Notes: generated by a model from the sequence alone, not told the origin. Shown: positions 50,645 to 63,300, counted from the stretch's first letter. The stretch is DNA of 64,000 nucleotides from Hypanus sabinus (GCF_030144855.1 NC_082730.1:2604001-2668000), one strand, 5' to 3'. A program made the numbers and translations.

Positions 50645-50947
50645 ACCCAGTGGGGACTGTGAAAGGAGCTTGGGGACAGAGGGTCTCCTTACCTGCTGGG
50701 ATCACATCCGGGCTGGACATTTCTCATTTGGTGTGGAGATCAGTTGGAACCAGAATAACAGAATATGCAAATAGCACCATTTTCTACTTTGGTCCTGAGG
50801 AGTACAAGCGACGGATAACTCTTCATCCCGAGAACTTCAGTCTAGAAATCAGTGATCTACGGAGAGAGGACGCTAAAGATTATGAGGTGACTGTTACAGC
50901 AAGCTCAGGAGCACAGACTCAGAAGGGAATGCGACTGGAGGTGTTCG
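50645..50947 (+). CDS. Ig V-type domain exon 2 without Cys
   Basis: AG/GT sites, 303 bp, phase 1/1, open: (D)PVGTVKGAWGQRVSLPAG...LVWRS...YFGPEEYKRRITLHPENFSLEISDLRREDAKDYEVTV...RLEVF; sequons NST and NFS. Confidence 0.85.
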
Positions 50948-51589
50948 GTGAGTGAGACGTTACGGAGGGGCCCGGGTTTCATCAGTTCCTGAAACACCCC
51001 TAATTAATGCGTTAAGGCTGATCACATGTGTTTCCTTATTTTCTGAACCCCACTGACTGCCCATGTCCAAAGCTGGGCTCATGATCCCAGTGTAGTGAGG
51101 CTGAGTCAGTGTGAGGCTGGACAGCACACTCACCACATCCTGGAGACTGGACCAGAGGCTGTGAAGCATGGAACTGTCAATGGAGAGCCTCGTGTTTCTG
51201 AGGCTGGAAGAGATGAGCAGATGGGGAACAGGGAATGAGAGATGGGCCGAAGGTGTGGGAGGGGCTGATGATTGGGACAAACAGTCCATATCTGTGGGTC
51301 ACAGTTACACACTGTATCCCCAGGTCTATAGCCTGGTCTGTCATGTTCAGAGATCCCAGTTTCCCAGGGCACTGCTTGTTAATTGCCCAGTATGAGGTCT
51401 GAGCTCAGCAAAGTGCTTATTCCTCAGTCTTCATGCTGTGCTCTGCTGAGTGAGACCCTGTGTGTTCATTACACCGAATATAGTGTCCCAGTGAGTGATA
51501 CAGTACATGGACACAACAGCACACTCACACACAGCAACATGGTTCCTGACTCACTCAAATAGTAATATAACATTCACAATAACCTTAAT

Positions 51590-51790
51590 CTAACTCCAGC
51601 CTAATCTATTTTATTAACCTACCAATTAACCTACCAATCAGAACGTCTTTGGACTGTGGGAGGAAACCAGAGCACGCAGAGGAATCCCACGTGGTCACGG
51701 GGAGAATGTACAAACTCCTTACGGCAGTGGGAATTCAATCGATTTGCTGGCACTGTAAAGCGTTGTGCTAACCACTACGCTATCATGCCA
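51590..51790 (-). mobile_element. V-SINE copy (duplicated with the intron)
   Basis: Same SINE in the same CR1 context as 49512-49804; tail side deleted. Confidence 0.65.
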
Positions 51791-52647
51791 TCCCTGGGAA
51801 GAATACTGGCTGTCATCTGTGTCCTTAAAAATGTCAAAAGCTTCTATCACCTCTGACACTCAGAGGAAACAACCCAAATTTGTCCAAACTTTTCTTCCAA
51901 CACATGCCCCCTGTAATCCAGTCACCCAGTTGGTAAATGTCTGTTCCCTCTGCAAAGCCTCCACATTCTTCCTTTAACGGGCGGGCTGGAAATGAATGCA
52001 ATCATCCAGATGTAGACTAATCAGAGTTTTTAACGGAGTACCATAACTTCCTGACTTTTCAACTCAGTGTCTCGACTGAAGAGGGCAAGCACGTAAAGTT
52101 CCTTCTTTACCACCCGAACAACATGCAGCCACGTTTCCCCACCCATGTCTGCATCTGATCCATGTCCAAATTCATCTACTGGCACTCCTCTGCACCATCC
52201 ACACCACCACCAATCTTTATCTCATCTACAAATATGCTAACCCTCCCATCTGTATTTCTGCCCAAGGAACATTAGTGGCCTTTTGGCCCCTCAAACCTAC
52301 TCCCCTCTCACTGAAATCAGGGCTTGTCTGACCTTGATCTCAGCTCCATTTTCGTGCCTGTTCCTACCATCTCCCTGACTCCGCTCCAGATCAAAACTCT
52401 ATCTCAGCCTTGACTACACTGACTCAGCCTCCACAGCTCTCTGGGGGAGATAATTCCATACAATTCTGACCCTTGCAGAAGGGAAATCATTCCTCATTGC
52501 CGCCTGAAATGATGGTCCCTTATTCTGAAACTGTGCCCTTGTTCAAGATTCCTCTGGAGGGGGATACACCCTACCAACACTCAACTCACTCCGACTCCTG
52601 CTCCAGTCACTGAGTCACCTGCTGACTGCCTTCTCTTGTCTCCTCAG

Positions 52648-52950
52648 ACTGGGCGAAGACTGTGAAAGGAACTTGGGGAATGAAGGTCTTCTTACCTGTT
52701 GGGTTCACACCTTGGCAGGGTGTTTCTCAGGTGGTGTGGAGATCAAACAAAACCAGAATAGCAGAGAGTGTAAGTGGCAACATTTCCTACTTCGGTCCTG
52801 AGGAGTACAAGCGACGGATAACTCTTCATCCCGAGAACTTCAGCCTGGAAATCTGTGATCTACGGAGGCAGGATGCTGGTGAATATGAGGTGGAAACTGC
52901 TGTGGTTTCTGGAGCTAATTATAAGGCGAAATTGCAACTGGAGGTGGACG
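52648..52950 (+). CDS. Ig V-type domain exon 3 (no canonical disulfide)
   Basis: AG/GT sites, 303 bp, phase 1/1, open: (D)WAKTVKGTWGMKVFLPVG...VVWRS...YFGPEEYKRRITLHPENFSLEICDLRRQDAGEYEVE...QLEVD; sequons NKT, NIS and NFS. Confidence 0.85.
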
Positions 52951-53590
52951 GTGAGTGAGACACTGTGGAGGGGACTGAGTTTCACCAGTTCCTGAAACAT
53001 CCCTAATTAATGGATGACAGCATATCCTGGCCATTCCACTCTTTACTGAACCCCTCTGACTGATTGTCCGTGTCCAAGACATTCATTCTTGGGGACAGAG
53101 ATGGAGAGTTTGGGAGTGTTGGTTGGAGTAGCCTGTCTGAGTATCTGCAGTGACATTGACAGGTACACATAGCGGCCACTGTGTACCAGTGGTGGAGCTG
53201 AAATTCCCCCGGAGGATGAGATAATTGTCATTGTCGATGGAGAACCAAAGAGTGGTCCCCTTGCAAAAGAATCATGATTGCATCACCCTCATCTACAGAG
53301 GGGTTTGATCCTGGGAGTCTCCCCAGTCCCTTCCCTTCGGGATGGTGTCCTCCTTTGGACTGTGGCCGTGACAGGGGAGGAAGGTGGCACCCTCCCGTAG
53401 TCAAGTCCGGCAACACAATGTGGGTCCTTGGCCCTAAAGAAGCCAACTTTCCCTACCAGGTGGTCCCTGCACTCAGGGCACCTCCACCTTTGGAGGAAGG
53501 GCACCTCCTTCTCCTTCCTCGAGGGATGCAGAGATTCTATCAGAGGTGAAATATCCACTTCTACCTCTTCCCCCTATCTGGCTCCCTCAG

Positions 53591-53727
53591 TTAGAGTTGG
53601 TGGTCTCCCTGGGATCAGGCCAGGGTTAAGGACAGGAACAGACCTGAGAAAACCACATTGTTGGTGGATGCCAGTGTTGTACCTGATATTCCTCTTTGTC
53701 ACGGTTTTTATTTGTAATTTAGTGTAA
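53591..53727 (+). CDS. Candidate terminal exon encoding a hydrophobic GPI-signal-like tail
   Basis: Pyrimidine-rich acceptor ccacttctacctcttccccctatctggctccctcAG; in frame with the phase-1 donor of exon 3, giving VRVGGLPGIRPGLRTGTDLRKPHCWWMPVLYLIFLFVTVFICNLV*. May be chance, because the 3' part resembles a T-rich LINE UTR. Confidence 0.3.
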
Positions 53728-54441
53728 TTGTTGTTTCATGGCAACAGTACACACCGTGCACTATACTGATACCACTGTCTCCCAAGGACAAAGTTCTGGT
53801 CTGTCATGTTCAGTGATCCCAGTTGTCCCATCTGTTTCCCAGGCCACTGCTTGATAATTCCCCAGACTGAGGTCTGAGCTCAGCAAAGTGTTTATTCCTC
53901 AGCCTTCATGCTGTGCTGTGGTGAGTGAGACCCTGTGTATTCATTACACTGAATATAGTGTCCCAGTGAGTGACACAGTACACGGACACAACAGCACACT
54001 CACACACAGCAGTATGGTTCCTGACTTACTTTAACCATAACGTAGCATTCAAAATAATCTCACTCAGCAACATCTGGCTATGAAATCTTCACCCCGGGTT
54101 TAACGGGTTCCCATTGGAGGGAGGAGAATGTCAGAACGTGGGGAATGGAACATCATGGAACAGATCCTCAGCTCATGATGTGCTGCCAAACTCATTGCTA
54201 ATGGAACCCAGTTAAGCTAATCCCTTCTGACTGTTCGTGCTCCATATGCCTTTATTCTCTCCACATTCATGTGTGTATGTGACAGCCCCTCAAAAATCTC
54301 CCTGGCCTTTGCCTCTTCCACCACTCCCGGCAGCCCATTTCAGTCACCCACCACTCTCTGTGTAAAGAAAATCTTGTCCCGCATATCTCCTCTGAATTTA
54401 CACCTGTCACTGTAAATGCACAATCTCTGGTATTAGACACA

Positions 54442-54733
54442 TTTTATTTGATTTTTTTATTTTATCGAGATACAGCAGGAATAAACCTTTCAGGGCCTTT
54501 GAGCTGTGCTGCCCAGCGATCCCCCAGTTTAATCCCAGCCCAATCACAGGACAATTTATAACGACCAATTAACCTATCAATCAGAATGTCTTTGGACTGT
54601 GAGAGGAAACCAGAGCATGAACAGGAATCCCATGTGGTCACGGGGAGAATGTACAAACTCCTTACAGGCAGCGGGAATTCAATCTGGTTCACTGGCACTG
54701 TAAAGCGTTGTGCTAACCACTACACTATCATGC
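54442..54733 (-). mobile_element. V-SINE copy (duplicated with the intron)
   Basis: Same SINE at the same position in the CR1 fossil as 49512-49804. Confidence 0.7.
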
Positions 54734-55531
54734 CATCCCTGGGAAAAATACTGGCTGTCTACTTCATCTGTGTCCTTAAAAATGTTATAAACTTGTATCA
54801 GGTCTATCGCCAACCTCCGACACTCAGAGCAAACAACCCAAATTTGTCCAAACTTTTCTTCCCACACATGCTCTGTAATCCAGGCAGCCTGATGGTAAAT
54901 GTCTGTTCCCTCTGCAAAGACCCCACATTCTTCCTTTAATGGGGTGGCTGGAATTGATTGCAATAGCCCAGATGCAGCCTAATCAGAGTTTTTAATACTT
55001 CCTGACTTTTGAACTCAGTGTCTCGACTGATGAGGGCAAGCATGCAACGTCCCTTCTTTACCATCCAATCAACATGCAACCACATTTCCCCACCCATGTC
55101 TGCATCTGATCAATGTCCAATTGCATCTACTGGCACTCCTCTGCACCATCCACAACACCAACAATCTTTATCTCACCTACAAACATGCTAACCCTCACAT
55201 CTGTATTTCGGTCTGAGGATTAGTTTGAGGGCTTTAGTCCCCTGAAGCCTTCTCCCCACTCATTGAAACCAGGGTTGGTCTGACCTCGATCTCAGGTCCA
55301 ACTTCCTGCCTGTTCCCACCTTCTCCCTGACTCCTCTCCAGATCAAAACTCTATCTCAGCCTTGACTACACTGACTCAGCCTCCACAGCTCTCTGGGGGA
55401 GAAAATTCCATAGATTCCTGACCCTTGGAGATGGGAAATCGTTGCTCATCTCTGTCTGAAATTATGGTCCCATATTCTGAAATTGTGCCCTTGTTTGAGA
55501 TCCACAGGAGGGGAAACACCCTCCCTACTCC

Positions 55532-55613
55532 GAGGACACTGGTGATTATGAGGTGACTGTTACAGCAAGTTCAGGAGCACAGACTCAGAAGGGAATGAGA
55601 CTGGAGGTGTTCG
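55532..55613 (+). pseudogene. 5'-deleted V exon (paralog of exon 2); acceptor lost
   Basis: EDTGDYEVTVTASSGAQTQKGMRLEVF plus G|GTGAGT is fused directly to intron sequence ...GGAAACACCCTCCCTAC, which lies about 290 bp further upstream in the exon-2 unit. Confidence 0.85.
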
Positions 55614-56858
55614 GTGAGTGAGACGTTACGGAGGGGCCCGGGTTTCATCAGTTCCTGAAACACCCCTAATTGATGTGTTAAGGCAGATCATGCGTGTTTC
55701 CTTAGTTTCTGAACCCCACTGACTGCCCATGTCCAAAGCTGGGCTCATGGTCCCAGTGTAGTGAGGCTGAGTCAGTGTGAGGCTGGACGACACACTCACC
55801 ACATCCTGGAGACTGGACCAGAGGCTGTTAAGCATGGAACTGTCAATGTGGAGCCTCTTGTGTCCGAGGCTAGAGGAGATCAGCAGATGGGCCAGAGGGG
55901 TGCGAGGGACTGGTGAATGGGCCGAATAGTCTATACCTGTGGGTCAGTTACACAGGGCCTTCTGTAACCCCAGTTCAAAGGCCTGGTCTGTCATGTTCAG
56001 GGATCACCATTGTTCTATCTTTTTCCCAGGACACTGCTTGTTAATTGCCCAGACTGAGGTCTGAGCTCAGCAAGGTGTTTATTCCTCAGACTTCATGCTG
56101 TGCTGTGCTGAGTGAGACCCTGTGTATTCATTACACTGAATATAGTGTCCCAGTGAGTGACACAGTACACGGACACAACAGCACACTCACACACAGCAAT
56201 ATGGTTCCTGACTCACTGTAACGGTAATATAACATTCACAATAATCTCATTCAGCCATGTCCGGCTGAGAAATCCCCTCCACCCCAGGTTTAACGGGTTC
56301 CCATTGGAGGGGGGAGAATGTCAGAACATGGGGAATGGAACATCATGGAACAGATCCTCAGCTCATGATGTGCTGCCAAACTCATTGCTAATGGAACCCA
56401 GTTAGGCTAATCCCTTCTGACTGTTCATGCTCCATATGCCTTCATTCTCTCCACATTCATGTGTGTAAATGATTCCAATACTCCAGATGCAGCCTAATCA
56501 GAGTTTTTAAAGATGTAGCATAACTTCCTGACTTCTGAAAGTGTCTAGATTGAAGAGGGCAAGCATGTAAAGTCCCTTCTTTACCACCTAATCAATATGC
56601 AGCCACATTTCACCACCCATGTCTGCATCTGATCCACGTCCAACTGAATCTATTGGCATTCCTCTACACCACCCACACCACCACCAATCTTTATCTCAAC
56701 TACCAATGTGCCAACCCACCCATCTACATTTCTGTCCAAGGAACAGATAGAGGCCTTTTGCACACCTTGAGCCTAGTCCCCACTCACTGAAATCATGGTT
56801 GGTCTGACCTTGATCTCAGCTCCACATTCCAGCCTGTTCCCACCCTCTCCCCGATTCT

Positions 56859-56886
56859 AAGGTGAGAGAGTGTCTGGAAGTGTACG
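56859..56886 (+). pseudogene. Remnant last strand of a further V exon (exon-3-type unit)
   Basis: KVRECLEVY plus G|GTAGGT, followed by sequence matching the intron after exon 3 (56890-57230 versus 52955-53280); the rest of the exon and its acceptor are deleted. Confidence 0.6.
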
Positions 56887-57335
56887 GTAGGTGAGACACT
56901 GCAGAAGGACCCAGGTTTCACCAGTTCCAGAAACATCCCTAATTAATGGGTGATGGTAGATCCTGGCCATTCCACTCTTTACTGAACCCCACTGGCAGCT
57001 TGTCTGTGTCCAAGACATTCATTCCTGGGAACAGAGAGTGAAAGTTTAGGAGTGTTGGTTGGAGTAGACTGTCTGAATCTCTGCAGTGACACTGACAGGT
57101 GCACATCGCAGTCACTGTGTACCAGTGGTGGAGCTGAAATTTCCCCAGAGGATGAGATAATTGCCATAGTCAATACAGATGAAAAGAGTGGTCCCCTTGC
57201 AATACAATCAAGAGACCACATCACCTTGCCATCATTCCAGCGTGGTATAATCCAGTGATTAGAGACCAGAGCGTGGTTGTGAAATACTCAGAAAGAGTAC
57301 AGATGATAATGGGAGGTGAGAATTGCACAGAATAG

Positions 57336-60300
57336 GACTGACGGTAATGGGTGTGTGAGAGAGTGATTGGAAAACGGACTGATGGTAATGGGTGTGTGTG
57401 AGAGGTGATTGGAAAACGGACTGATGGTAATGGGTGTGTGTGAGAGGTGATTGGAAAGGGGACTGATGGTAATGGGTGGGTGAGAGGTGATTGGAAAGGG
57501 GACTGATGGTAATGGGTGTGTGTGAGAGATGATTGGAAAGGGGACTGACAGTAATGGGTGTGTGTGAGAGGTGATTGGAAAGGGGACTGACAGTAATGGG
57601 TGTGTGTGAGAGAGTGATTGGAAAGGGGACTGACGGCATGGTGTGTGTGAGAGGTGATTGGAAAGGGGACTGACAGTAATGGGTGTGTGTGAGAGAGTGA
57701 TTGGAAAGGGGACTGACGGCATGGTGTGTGTGAGAGGTGATTGGAAAGGGGACTGATGGTAATGGGTGTGTGTGAGAGGTGATTGGAAAGGGGACTGATG
57801 GTAATGGGTGGGTGAGAGGTGATTGGAAAGGGGACTGATGGTAATGGGTGTGTGTGAGAGATGATTGGAAAGGGGACTGACAGTAATGGGTGTGTGTGAG
57901 AGGTGATTGGAAAGGGGACTGACAGTAATGGGTGTGTGTGAGAGAGTGATTGGAAAGGGGACTGACGGCATGGTGTGTGTGAGAGGTGATTGGAAAGGGG
58001 ACTGATGGTAATGGGTGTGTGTGAGAGGTGATTGGAAAGGGGACTGACGGCATGGTGTGTGTGAGAGGTGATTGGAAAGGGGACTGACGGCATGGTGTGT
58101 GTGAGAGGTGATTGGAAAGGGGACTGATGGTAATGGGTGTGTGTGAGAGGTGATTGGAAAGGGGACTGACGGCATGGTGTGTGAGAGGTGATTGGAAAGG
58201 GGACTGATGATAATGGGTGTGTGAGAGAGTGATTGGAAAGGGGACTGACGGCATGGTGTGTGTGAGAGGTGATTGGAAAGGGGACTGACGGCATGGTGTG
58301 TGTGAGAGGTGATTGGAAAGGGGACTGATGGTAATGGGTGTGTGTGAGAGGTGATTGGAAAGGGGACTGACGGCATGGTGTGTGTGAGAGGTGATTGGAA
58401 AGGGGACTGATGATAATGGGTGTGTGAGAGAGTGATTGGAAAGGGGACTGACTGCATGGTGTGTGTGAGAGGTGATTGGAAAGGGGACTGATGGTAATGG
58501 GTGTGTGTGAGAGGTGATTGGAAAGGGGACTGACGGCATGGTGTGTGTGAGAGGTGATTGGAAAGGGGACTGATGGTAATGGGTGTGTGTGAGAGGTGAT
58601 TGGAAAGGGGACTGATGGTAATGGGTGTGAGAGGTGATTGGAAAGGGGACTGATGGTAATGGGTGTGTGTGAGAGGTGATTGGAAAGGGGACTGACAGTA
58701 ATGGGTGTGTGAGAGAGGTTATTGGAAAGGGGACTGATGGTAATGGGTGTGTGTGAGAGGTGATTGGAAAGGGGACTGACAGTAATGGGTGTGTGTGAGA
58801 GGTGATTGGAAAGGGGTAAGATGGTAATGGGTGTGTGTGAGAGGTGATTGGAAAGGGGACTGATGGTATGGTGTGTGTGAGAGGTGATTGGAAAGGGGAC
58901 TGACAGTAATGGGTGTGTGTGAGAGGTGATTGGAAAGGGGACTGACAGTAATGGGTGTGTGAGAGAGGTTATTGGAAAGGGGACTGACAGTAATGGGTGT
59001 GTGTGAGAGGTGATTGGAAAGGGGACTGATGGTAATGGGTGTGAGAGGTGATTGGAAAGGGGACTGACAGTAATGGGTGTGTGTGAGAGGTGATTGGAAA
59101 GGGGACTGATGGTAATGGGTGTGAGAGGTGATTGGAAAGGGGACTGACAGTAATGGGTGTGTGTGAGAGGTGATTGGAAAGGGGACTGACGGGAATGGGT
59201 GTGTGTGAGAGGTGATTGGAAATGGGACTGACCGTAATGGGTGTGTGTGAGAGGTGATTGGAAAGGGGACTGATGGTAATGGGTGGGTGAGAGGTGATTG
59301 GAAAGGGGACTGATGGTAATGGGTGTGTGTGAGAGATGATTGGAAAGGGGACTGACAATAATGGGTGTGTGTGAGAGGTGATTGGAAAGGGGACTGATGG
59401 TAATGGGTGTGTGTGAGAGGTGATTGGAAAGGGGACTGACAGTAATGGGTGTGTGTGAGAGGTGATTGGAAAGGGGACTGATGTTAATGGGTGTGTGTGA
59501 GAGGTGATTGGAAAGGGGACTGATGGTAATGGGTGGGTGAGAGGTGATTGGAAAGGGGACTGATGGTAATGGGTGTGTGTGAGAGATGATTGGAAAGGGG
59601 ACTGACAGTAATGGGTGTGTGTGAGAGAGTGATTGGAAAGGGGACTGACGGCATGGTGTGTGTGAGAGGTGATTGGAAAGGGGACTGATGGTAATGGGTG
59701 TGTGTGAGAGGTGATTGGAAAGGGGACTGACGGCATGGTGTGTGTGAGAGGTGATTGGAAAGGGGACTGACGGCATGGTGTGTGTGAGAGGTGATTGGAA
59801 AGGGGACTGATGGTAATGGGTGTGTGTGAGAGGTGATTGGAAAGGGGACTGACGGCATGGTGTGTGTGAGAGGTGATTGGAAAGGGGACTGATGATAATG
59901 GGTGTGTGAGAGAGTGATTGGAAAGGGGACTGACGGCATGGTGTGTGTGAGAGGTGATTGGAAAGGGGACTGACGGCATGGTGTGTGTGAGAGGTGATTG
60001 GAAAGGGGACTGATGGTAATGGGTGTGTGTGAGAGGTGATTGGAAAGGGGACTGACGGCATGGTGTGTGTGAGAGGTGATTGGAAAGGGGACTGATGATA
60101 ATGGGTGTGTGAGAGAGTGATTGGAAAGGGGACTGACGGCATGGTGTGTGTGAGAGGTGATTGGAAAGGGGACTGATGGTAATGGGTGTGTGTGAGAGGT
60201 GATTGGAAAGGGGACTGACGGCATGGTGTGTGTGAGAGGTGATTGGAAAGGGGACTGATGGTAATGGGTGTGTGTGAGAGGTGATTGGAAAGGGGACTGA

Positions 60301-63300
60301 TGGTAATGGGTGTGAGAGGTGATTGGAAAGGGGACTGATGGTAATGGGTGTGTGTGAGAGGTGATTGGAAAGGGGACTGACAGTAATGGGTGTGTGAGAG
60401 AGGTTATTGGAAAGGGGACTGATGGTAATGGGTGTGTGTGAGAGGTGATTGGAAAGGGGACTGACAGTAATGGGTGTGTGTGAGAGGTGATTGGAAAGGG
60501 GACTGATGGTAATGGGTGTGTGTGAGAGGTGATTGGAAAGGGGACTGATGGTATGGTGTGTGTGAGAGGTGATTGGAAAGGGGACTGACAGTAATGGGTG
60601 TGTGTGAGAGGTGATTGGAAAGGGGACTGACAGTAATGGGTGTGTGAGAGAGGTTATTGGAAAGGGGACTGACAGTAATGGGTGTGTGTGAGAGGTGATT
60701 GGAAAGGGGACTGATGGTAATGGGTGTGAGAGGTGATTGGAAAGGGGACTGACAGTAATGGGTGTGTGTGAGAGGTGATTGGAAAGGGGACTGATGGTAA
60801 TGGGTGTGAGAGGTGATTGGAAAGGGGACTGACAGTAATGGGTGTGTGTGAGAGGTGATTGGAAAGGGGACTGACGGGAATGGGTGTGTGTGAGAGGTGA
60901 TTGGAAATGGGACTGACCGTAATGGGTGTGTGTGAGAGGTGATTGGAAAGGGGACTGATGGTAATGGGTGGGTGATAGGTGATTGGAAAGGGGACTGATG
61001 GTAATGGGTGTGTGTGAGAGATGATTGGAAAGGGGACTGACAGTAATGGGTGTGTGTGAGAGGTGATTGGAAAGGGGACTGATGGTAATGGGTGTGTGTG
61101 AGAGGTGATTGGAAAGGGGACTGATGGTAATGGGTGTGTGAGAGAGGTTATTGGAAAGGGGACTGACGGTAATGGGTGTGTGAGAGAGGTTATTGGAAAG
61201 GGGACTGACGGTAATGGGTGTGTGTGAGAGGTGATTGGAAAGGGGACTGACAGTAATGGGTGTGTGAGAGAGTGATTGGAAAGGGGACTGACGGTAATGG
61301 GTGTGTGAGAGGTGATTGGAAAGGGGACTGACAGTAATGAGTGTGTGTGAGAGGTGATTGGAAAGGGGACTGACGGTAATGGGTGTGTGAGAGGTGATTG
61401 GAAAGGGGACTGACAGTAATGAGTGTGTGTGAGAGGTGATTGGAAAGGGGACTGACAGTAATGGGTGTGTGTGAGAGGTGATTGGAAAGGGCTGACAGTA
61501 ATGGGTGGGTGAGAGAGGTGATTGGAAAACGGACTGATGGTAATGGGTGTGTGTGAGAGGTGATTGGAAAGGGGACTGATGATAATGGGTGTGTGTGAGA
61601 GGTGATTGGAAAGGGGACTGACGGTAATGGGTGTGTGAGAGGTGATTGGAAAGGGGACTGACAGTAATGGGTGTGTGAGAGGTGATTGGAAAGGGGACTG
61701 ACAGTAATGAGTGTGTGTGAGAGGTGATTGGAAAGGGGACTGACAGTAATGGGTGTGTGTGAGAGGTGATTGGAAAGGGCTGACAGTAATGGGTGGGTGA
61801 GAGAGGTGATTGGAAAACGGACTGATGGTAATGGGTGTGTGTGAGAGGTGATTGGAAAGGGGACTGATGATAATGGGTGTGTGTGAGAGGTGATTGGAAA
61901 GGGGACTGACAGTAATGGGTGTGTGTGAGAGTTTTGGGAAGGAGACTGATGGTAATGGGTGTGTGAGAGGTGATTGGAAAGGGGACTGACGGTGATGGGT
62001 GTGTTTGGGAAGGAGACTGATGGTAATGGGTGTGTGTGAGAGGTGATTGGAAAGGGGACTGATGATAATGGGTGTGTGTGAGAGGTGATTGGAAAGGGGA
62101 CTGACGGTAATGGGTGTGTGAGAGGTGATTGGAAAGGGGACTGACAGTAATGAGTGTGTGTGAGAGGTGATTGGAAAGGGGACTGACAGTAATGGGTGTG
62201 TGTGAGAGGTGATTGGAAAGGGCTGACAGTAATGGGTGGGTGAGAGAGGTGATTGGAAAACGGACTGATGGTAATGGGTGTGTGTGAGAGGTGATTGGAA
62301 AGGGGACTGATGATAATGGGTGTGTGTGAGAGGTGATTGGAAAGGGGACTGACAGTAATGGGTGTGTGTGAGAGGTTTGGGAAGGAGACTGATGGTAATG
62401 GGTGTGTGAGAGGTGATTGGAAAGGGGACTGACGGTGATGGGTGTGTTTGGGAAGGAGACTGATGGTAATGGGTGTGTGTGAGAGGTGATTGGAAAGGGG
62501 ACTGACGGTAATGGGTGTGTGTGAGAGGTGATTGGAAAGGGGACTGACAGTAATGGGTGTGTGAGAGAGTGATTGGAAAGGGGACTGACGGTAATGGGTG
62601 TGTGAGAGGTGATTGGAAAGGGGACTGACAGTAATGAGTGTGTGTGAGAGTGATTGGAAAGGGGACTGATGGTAATGGGTGTGTGTGAGAGGTGATTGGA
62701 AAGGGGACTGACGGCATGGTGTGTGAGAGGTGATTGGAAAGGGGACTGATGATAATGGGTGTGTGAGAGAGTGATTGGAAAGGGGACTGACGGCATGGTG
62801 TGTGTGAGAGGTGATTGGAAAGGGGACTGACGGCATGGTGTGTGTGAGAGGTGATTGGAAAGGGGACTGATGGTAATGGGTGTGTGTGAGAGGTGATTGG
62901 AAAGGGGACTGACGGCATGGTGTGTGTGAGAGGTGATTGGAAAGGGGACTGATGATAATGGGTGTGTGAGAGAGTGATTGGAAAGGGGACTGACTGCATG
63001 GTGTGTGTGAGAGGTGATTGGAAAGGGGACTGATGGTAATGGGTGTGTGTGAGAGGTGATTGGAAAGGGGACTGACGGCATGGTGTGTGTGAGAGGTGAT
63101 TGGAAAGGGGACTGATGGTAATGGGTGTGTGTGAGAGGTGATTGGAAAGGGGACTGATGGTAATGGGTGTGAGAGGTGATTGGAAAGGGGACTGATGGTA
63201 ATGGGTGTGTGTGAGAGGTGATTGGAAAGGGGACTGACCGTAATGGGTGTGTGAGAGAGGTTATTGGAAAGGGGACTGATGGTAATGGGTGTGTGTGAGA

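Larger units (their letters stand above)
48519..57290 (+). repeat. Local tandem duplicon (V exon plus ~2-3 kb intron), 4-5 copies
   Basis: Block TGTCCCAGTGAGTGA(C/T)ACAGTACA...GGTTCCTGAC recurs at ~49039, 51485, 53960 and 56146; post-donor GTGAGTGAGAC...CAGTTCCTGAAACA follows every exon; old CR1 and SINE fossils are shared. Confidence 0.85.

Noticed and set aside
53274-53558. Overlapping ORFs on both strands in the GC-richer insert of intron 3
   Set aside because: No Ig or other recognisable motif; probably a transposon remnant of unidentified class.
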